From: Ranitomeya imitator
Taxonomy: Eukaryota
Assembly: GCF_032444005.1 (NCBI RefSeq)
Contig: NC_091282.1
Span: 740,590,001 to 740,654,000 of the forward strand
Direction of reading: 5' to 3'
DNA length: 64,000 bases
Each line of letters begins with the position of its first letter. Position 1 is the first letter of the stretch. The notes below the pieces were generated by a model. The model saw only the letters and a list, made by a program, of their open reading frames with translations. It was not told the DNA's origin and did not search any database. The translations under genes and the position numbers were made by a program. Below, piece by piece: positions 57,299 through 64,000 of the stretch.

Positions 57299-57573
57299 TA
57301 ATAATCTTTATTTTTATATAGCGCTTACATATTCCACAGCGCTTAACAGTTTTTGCACACATTATCATTGCTGTCCCTGATGGGGCTCACAATCTACATT
57401 CCCTATCAGTATGTCTTTGGAATGTGGGAGGAAACCGGAGAACCCGGAGGAAACCCACGCAAACACGGAGAGAACATACAAACTCTTTGCAGATGTTGTC
57501 CTTGGTGGGGTTTGAGCCCAGGACCCCAGCGCTGCAAGGCTGCTGTGCTATCCACTGAGCCACCGTGCTGCCC
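57299..57573 (-). mobile_element. tRNA-derived V-SINE
   Basis: Minus strand GGGCAGCACGGTGGCTCAGTGG head; V-domain GTGGGTTTCCTCCGGGTTCTCCGGTTTCCTCCCACATTCCAAAGACAT; LINE-like tail GCGCTATATAAAAATAAAG(ATT)n. Confidence 0.9.
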
Positions 57574-58429
57574 CCCCAAGTGTCTTAGCTGCTAGTGTCC
57601 CTAGAGTGTGTAGGGAAGCAAAATCCTGTGTCTTAGAATAATGGCCGTATTCCAGTGGTATTAGTATGATGCAGAAACATGTATTCACTATTGACCTTTT
57701 AACATTGATTAAAAAAAAAGATTTCTTTATTCTGGAAACATTTGTGGATTTCTCAGAAGTGTCTGTGGTTATCTCCTCCAGTTTTCACTGTTCCAGAAAG
57801 GGAACAGGTCCCATGAAGTAAAGTAAGAAAGCCTTTCCTGTGATCATGTCCACTCTATTACGGGAGAAATAAATAAAAGCTGTAATCATAGTGGGTGTTT
57901 GTATCTTTATTGCATTTCCGTTTATTGTTTGGATTAGGGACCATTCCCACTGCAGGGTTAGTTTGATATATACAGTGGCAAAGCTCCTGGTGCATAAAGC
58001 AAATGTATATGGACAGACCCCTAAATAGATGAATGGTAAAACAAAGCAATAGCTGCCGCTTGTCATCTGGCTCATACGGGGGTCCTACTCTATGACACCC
58101 ACATGCCCGAATAGGCATAGGGAAAAAGACTTGGTCCAGATCAGGATGCACCTTTATTGCAGAAGCCGTCGCTGCAGTCTATGGGGCCTCCTGGAATAAA
58201 TAGGTGATCTATCTACTAAAGCGGTGATTCATGTCCCCCCCTGGCTCACATAGCATTTGTAATCTGCTTTGAGCCACACATATTTGCGGCTAGTCACAGG
58301 AATCTGTAGGAGTGGCAACATGGAAAACTAACAGCAACTGCATAGGCTGGAAATAATCCAAGACTGAACTACAGCAATGTTCTCAGGCCGAAGGCTGTCA
58401 GTTTTCCTGCTTATATATCATCTGTATTA

Positions 58430-58619
58430 GGCTGCCGTCACACTATCAGTATTTGGTCAGTATTTTACATCAGTATTTCTCAGCCAAAACCAGGAGTGGG
58501 TGATAAATGCAGAAGTGGTGCATATGTTTCTATTATACTTTTCCTCTAATTGTTCCACTCCTGGTTTTGGCTTACAAATACTGATGTAAAATACTGACCA
58601 AATACTGAATGTGTGACGG
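58430..58619. mobile_element. Small palindromic Harbinger-type MITE
   Basis: TTA|GGCTGCCGTCACAC ... GTGTGACGGCAG. The right end overlaps a ~75 bp hAT-like mini-element (58620-58694). Confidence 0.75.
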
Positions 58620-59499
58620 CAGGGTTTTTCAACCTGTAAAACTACAACTCCCAGTCGATGCAGGCTCTGGAGGGGCACAGGTTGGACACTACTGGTCCTT
58701 ATGGTACCCCTGTGATGCCATGGTTATGTCTTGGTCGTGAAGAAAATACACTATGTTTGGTGATTGGAACTAAGTTTGCCGACCATATTATGCACTTTTG
58801 GTAATGCACCCCCTTCCTTATAAGGCCCCATTGGAGCTGAAAAGGCTACAGGATATTGTATGGTCGCCTTTGCAACAGTTTGGGGAAAATTTACTAATAT
58901 GTGAATGATATTAACCCAGTTCAAGATGCCCATCATTAGTCTATTGAGGTAGGGCACCAGAAAAAAAGAAAATGGTCAATGCATGGAAATGGTGCACTCC
59001 AGAAAAATAAAATTTTTGCAAAAAGGTATAAATTTATTAACTCCGTGACATACAGAAGCACCGAAAAAGTATTAAAAACATTTAAAAACAATCCAAAAAC
59101 ACCACAACCACATCCCTGAGATGAATCCATAGAAAAGTCAATAAAGACTATAATATAAGTAGACAATAAATGGGACTGTTCCAGTTTATACAACTCTGGC
59201 ATAACAAGGCAAACAATGGATACTGGAAGCCTGAGCTAGCATTTCTTCTGCGGTGTTGCTATCAGTGTGTCAAGAGTGGGAGAAGAGGGTTGCATTGACA
59301 ATCCAACACAATGGGCAGCACTTTGAACACATTTTATAAGTGGTCATAAACTTGTAAATAACTCATGAAATAATAAAGTTACGTTAAAACCAAGCACACC
59401 CTGAATATCACCTATGTCAAGCACTCAGAGGATTAAGCCAAAAAGTCAGGAATGTCCATAATGAGGGGAATGCAGTCCCAGGACGAGGGAGAGGTGGGA

Positions 59500-59545
59500 G
59501 AGACCACACGCGTATCGTTGCGGAGGCAGCTTCATCAGGGGAAGT
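59500..59545 (-). ncRNA. Degenerate hammerhead in a probable old PLE remnant
   Basis: Minus strand CTGATGA-A-GCTGC-CTCC-GCAAC-GATACGCGT, versus the expected GAAACGCGT. Confidence 0.5.
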
Positions 59546-59799
59546 GTGGGCATCTATTGAGGTTGGGAACTTAATCAAATGCAGTATAGTTCCCCCATAA
59601 TAGAAAAGAAATACAGAGGAGGAGTACTCCGGATACGAGTAAGCAGAGAAGAAAATTGGAATAGCCATAAACCACAGGGTGAAGTAAACACAAGAGCTTT
59701 ATTAACAGTTAATCATTAAAATATCAAGTACAAAATATTTTTTGGGTCATGAGAACAGAGGAGGAACGACCAAAAGGAGGGGAAAACCATGATCATAGG

Positions 59800-60123
59800 C
59801 AGGTACGGACTGGGGCTGAAATTCAGCCCTGGCATTTGAAATCACACAGGCCCATGTTGTCCCCGTCCCCATGAACCAGATGGGATATATTACTAATATT
59901 ACCCTGGATGGAGGAAAGTAAGATTTTCTAGAAGACCAATATTTCTAATGATACCCGTGGCCTGCTGGGGTAAGTGACGGAGTCAGCGACTTTGTGCTCC
60001 GTCACAACTCTTAACAGTGTGGGTATCTTGAGAACACTGATTCTGTTAATAACGTTACAGCCAAGGCAGCCCACAACCAGACAGGCCCTTCTTGCATTTG
60101 CCAGAATTGCCAGTCCGGCCCTG
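59800..60123. mobile_element. hAT-type MITE
   Basis: CAGG(TA/GC)CGGACTGG termini; 8 bp TSD ATCATAGG / ATTATAGG. Confidence 0.75.
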
Positions 60124-60606
60124 ATTATAGGTAATGTCATAGGGTAAGAAACACCCAGTAAATGCCAATTCTATATGTGACCAGTTCTACATATATACGG
60201 TATTTAGTATTTAATGGCGCTATTGTGGATGCACAAAATCAGCTGCAAGTATAACCCTAAACCACCTAGGGAAATATAAATACTACAAGAAAAAAATATA
60301 CTGTACTTGCGCTATATAAAATGCATAGATTGAACACCAATGTAATGTGGTTACCTGTAAGATAGGAGTCAGCTTTATGGGGTCAGCTTTTATGAGATTT
60401 TGGTGCTAAATAGGTGCGGATAGGGATATGTCGATCTGAACTGGAGTTTAGAAAAAAAGGACTTAAAATTCCAAATAATGAAAACTAACTAGAAGGTATA
60501 CTGCTGTATATAGATGGACATATCAAAAAGGGAAGAAAGCAGATGCTGTGGGGGACAGGTAAACACTAAGAACTAAAGGACGTGTTCCCCTATTAAAAAT
60601 ATATAA

Positions 60607-60729
60607 GTGGATCGCCCCCGTAGGGCAGTGGGGTACTCGGTACCGGGTCCTTCGGTTCTCAAGGGGGATGTCACGGTGGCCGACCCCGTCTATGGCCCTC
60701 GAGAGGTACGTAGTAAAAGGGGAAAGGTC
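60607..60729 (+). mobile_element. Possible LTR 5' fragment
   Basis: GC-rich GTGGATCGCCCCC...GGGGTACTCGGTACCGGGTCC segment resembling frog Gypsy LTR starts (recalled, not verified). Confidence 0.3.
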
Positions 60730-60734
60730 TTAAA

Positions 60735-63700
60735 CCCCTTTACCCCCAAGGGTGGTTTGCACGTTAATGACCGGGCCAATTTTTACAATTCTGACCACTG
60801 TCCCTTTATGAGGTTATAACTCTGGAACGCTTCAATGGATCCCAGTGATTCTGACACTGTTTTCTCTTGACACATTGTACTTCATGATAGTGGTAAAAAT
60901 TCTTTGATAGTACCTGCGTTTATTTGTGAAAAAAATGGAAATTTGGCGAAAATTATGAAAATTTTGCAATTTTCCAACTTTGAATTTTTATGTAATTAAA
61001 TCACAGAGATATGTCACACAAAATACTTAATAAGTAACATTTACCACATGTCTACTTTACATCAGCGCAATTTTGGAACCAAAATTTTTTTTTGTTAGGG
61101 AGTTATAAGGGTTAAAAGTTGACCAGCAATTTCTCTTTTAACAAAACCATTTTTTTTTTAGGGACCACATCTCATTTGAAGTCATTTTGAGGGGTCTATA
61201 TGATAGAAAATACCCAAGTGTGACACCATTCTAAAAACTGCACCCCTCAAGATGCTCAAAACCATATTCAAGAAGTTTATTAACCCTTCTGGTGCTTCAC
61301 AGGAATTTTTGGAATGTTTAAATAAAAATGAACATTTAACTTTTTTTCACAAAAAAATTACTTCTGCTCCAATTTGTTTTATTTTACCAAGGGTAACAGG
61401 AGAAAATGGACCCCAAAAGTTGTTGTACAATTTGTCCTGAGTACACCGATACCCCACATGTGGGGGTAAACCACTGTTTGGGCACATGACAGAGCTCGGA
61501 AGCGAAGGAGCGCCATTTGACTTTTCAATGCAAAATTGACTGGAATCGAGATGGGACACCATGTTGCGTTTGGAGAGTCTCTGATGTGCCTAAACATTGA
61601 AATCCCCCACAAGTGACACCATTTTGGAAAGTAGACCCCCTAAGGAACTTATCTAGAGGTGTGGTGAGCACTTTGACCCACCAAGTGCTTCACAGAAGTT
61701 TATAATGCAGAACCGTAAAAATAAAAAATCATATTTTTTCACAAAAAATATCTTTTTGCCCCCAATTTTTTATTTTCCCAAAGGTAAGAGAAGAAATTGG
61801 ACCCCAAAAGTTGTTGTACAATTTGTCCTGAGTATGCTGATACCCCATATGTGGGGGTAAACCACTGTTTGGGCGCATGGGAGGGCTCGGAAGGAAAGGA
61901 GCGCCATTTGGAATGCAGACTTAGATGGAATGGTCTGCAGGTGTCACATTGCGTTTGCAGAGCCCCTAATGTACCTAAACAGTAGAAACCCCCCCAAAAG
62001 TGACACCATTTTGGAAACTAGACCCCGTAAGGAACTTATCTAGATGTGCGGTGAGCGCTTTGACCCACCAAGGGCTTCACAGAAGTTTATAATGCAGAGC
62101 CGTAAAAATAAAACAAAAATTTTTTCCCACAAAAATTATTTTTTAGCCCCCAGTTTTGTATTTTCCCGAGGGTAACAGGAGAATTTGGACCCCAAAATTT
62201 GTTGTCCAATTTGTCCTGAGTGCGCTTATACCCCATATGTGGGGGGAACCACCGTTTGGGCGCATGGGAGGGCTCGGAAGGGAAGGAGCTCCATTTGGAA
62301 TGCAGACTTAGATGGAATGGTCTGCAGGTGTCACATTGTGTTTGCAGAGCCGCTAATGTACCTAAACAGTAGAAACCCCCACAAGTGACACCATTTTGGA
62401 AACTAGACCCCCTAAGGAACTTATCTAGATGTGTTGTGAGAGCTTTGAACCCTCAAGTGTTTCACTACAGTTTGTAACGCAGAGCCGTGAAAATAGAAAA
62501 AAAACTTTCCCCCCAAAATTATTTTTTAGCCCCCAGTTTTGTATTTTCCCGGGGGTAAGAGGAGAAATTCGACCCCAAAAGTTGTTGTCCTATTTGTCCT
62601 GAGTACGCTGATACTGCATATGTTGGGGTAAACCCCTGTTTGGTGCACGGGAGAGTTCGGAAGGGAAGAAGCACTGTTTTACTTTTTCAACACAGAATTG
62701 GCTGGAATTGAGATCGGACGCCATGTCGCGTTTGGAGAGCCCCTAATGTGCCTAAACAGTGGAAACCCCCCAATTATAACTGAAACCCTAATCCAAACAC
62801 ACCCCTAACCCTAATCCCAACAGTAACCCTAACCCTAATCCCAACCCTATTCCCAACTGTAAATGTAATCTAAACCCTAACCGTAACTTTAGCCCCAACC
62901 CTAACCCTAACTTTAGCCCCAACCCTAACCCTAGCCCTAACCCTAGCCCTAACCCTAGCCCTAAACCTAACCCTAGCCCTAATGGGAAAATGGAAATAAA
63001 TACATTTTTTTAATTTTTCCCTAACTAAGGGGGTGATGAAGGGGGGTTTGATTTACTTTTACAGCGAGTTTTTTAGCGGATTTTTATGATTGGCAGCCGT
63101 CACACACTGAAAGACGCTTTTTATTGCAAAAAATATTTTTTGCATTACCACATTTTGAGAGCTATAATTTTTCCATATTTTGGTCCACACAGTCATATGA
63201 GGTCTTGTTTTTTGCGGGATGAGTTGACGTTTTTATTGGTAATATTTTCGGGCACGTGACATTTTTTGATCGCTTTTTATTCCAATTTTTGTGAGGCAGA
63301 ATGACCAAAAACCAGCTATTCATGAATTTCTTTTGGGGGAGGCGTTTATACCGTTCCGCGTTTGGTAAAATTGATAAAGCAGTTTTATTCTTCGGGTCAG
63401 TACGATTACAGCGATACCTCATTTATATCTTTTTTATGTTTTGGCGCTTTTATACGATAAAAACTATTCTATAGAAAAAATAATTATTTTTGCATCGCTT
63501 TATTCTCAGGACTATAACTTTTTTATTTTTTGCGGATGATGATGTATGGCGGCTCGTTTTTTGCGGGACAAGATGACGCTTTCAGCGGTACCATGGTTAT
63601 TTATATCTGTCTTTTTGATCGCGTGTTATTCCACTTTTTGTTCGGCGGTATGATAATAAAGCGTTGTTTTTTGCCTCGTTTTTTTTTTTTGTCTTACTGT

Positions 63701-64000
63701 GTTTACTGAAGGGGTTAACTAGTGGGCCAGTTCTATAGGTCGGGCCGTTACGGACGCGGCGATACTAAATATGTGTACTTTTATTGTTGTTTTTTTTTAA
63801 ATTTAGATAAAGAAATGTATTTATGGGAATAATATTTTTTTTTTCATTATTTAGGAATATTTTTTTTAATTTTTTTTTACACATTTGGAAACATTTTTTT
63901 AAACTTTTTTACTTTGTCCCATGGGGGGACATCACAGATCGGTGATCTGACAGTTTGCACAGCACTCTGTCAGATCACCGATCTGACTTACAGCACTGCA
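60735..64000 (-). mobile_element. piggyBac-type non-autonomous element of the 24254-27540 family, reverse orientation, running off the window
   Basis: CCCCTT terminus next to TTAAA. Sequence matches the reverse complement of 27540 inward. Four ~385-390 bp subrepeats (ACCCCAAAA at 61410, 61801, 62189, 62572). Confidence 0.85.
62785..62982 (-). repeat. Degenerate (CCCTAA)n telomere-like tract
   Basis: CCCTAA, CCCTAG and CCCAAC variants. Confidence 0.9.

Noticed and set aside
57500-57573. tRNA gene
   Set aside because: A/B-box-like head continues directly into the V-SINE core and tail; no complete cloverleaf.
57757-58151. Hydrophobic ORF 57785-58075 (-), ORF 57858-58151 (-), and a possible plus-strand small exon ending at 57822 (AA|GTAAGA)
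   Set aside because: Unique-looking sequence, but no similarity to proteins I recognise (including mammalian ZBTB1 neighbours such as HSPA2 or PPP1R36) and no supporting exon chain. Needs tblastn or RNA-seq.

Overview
Eukaryotic vertebrate DNA, very likely from a frog. This is inferred from the ZBTB1 orthologue and the T2/Kolobok MITE, V-SINE, L2 and Neptune repertoire; the species cannot be determined. The only recognisable host gene is zbtb1 (single coding exon 5445-7511, +), with a probable non-coding exon ending at 63. Almost everything else is nested transposable elements. These include five Tc1 transposons arrayed along a TA-rich tract (15559-47037, one with an intact DD34E transposase), two Ty3/Gypsy chromoviruses, and an 8.8 kb Neptune-type Penelope-like element (PLE) with a 15 bp TSD. 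There are also piggyBac-, hAT-, Harbinger-, Kolobok- and Helitron-type non-autonomous elements and several mini/satellites. The most interesting signals are: (1) an in-frame U_UUU_UUA slippery site that would join PLE ORF1 to the ATG-less RT/GIY-YIG frame by -1 ribosomal frameshifting; (2) two independent PLE insertions with the same asymmetric inverted architecture, hammerhead ribozymes and a direct-arm end exactly 17 nt after a shared GTTGAGTGCT motif, one of them a double-hairpin mini-PLE in the putative zbtb1 intron; (3) a chromovirus with a Tf1-type self-priming PBS, and 6 bp TSDs on both chromoviruses. All coordinates and alignments were read by eye; no database searches were run.
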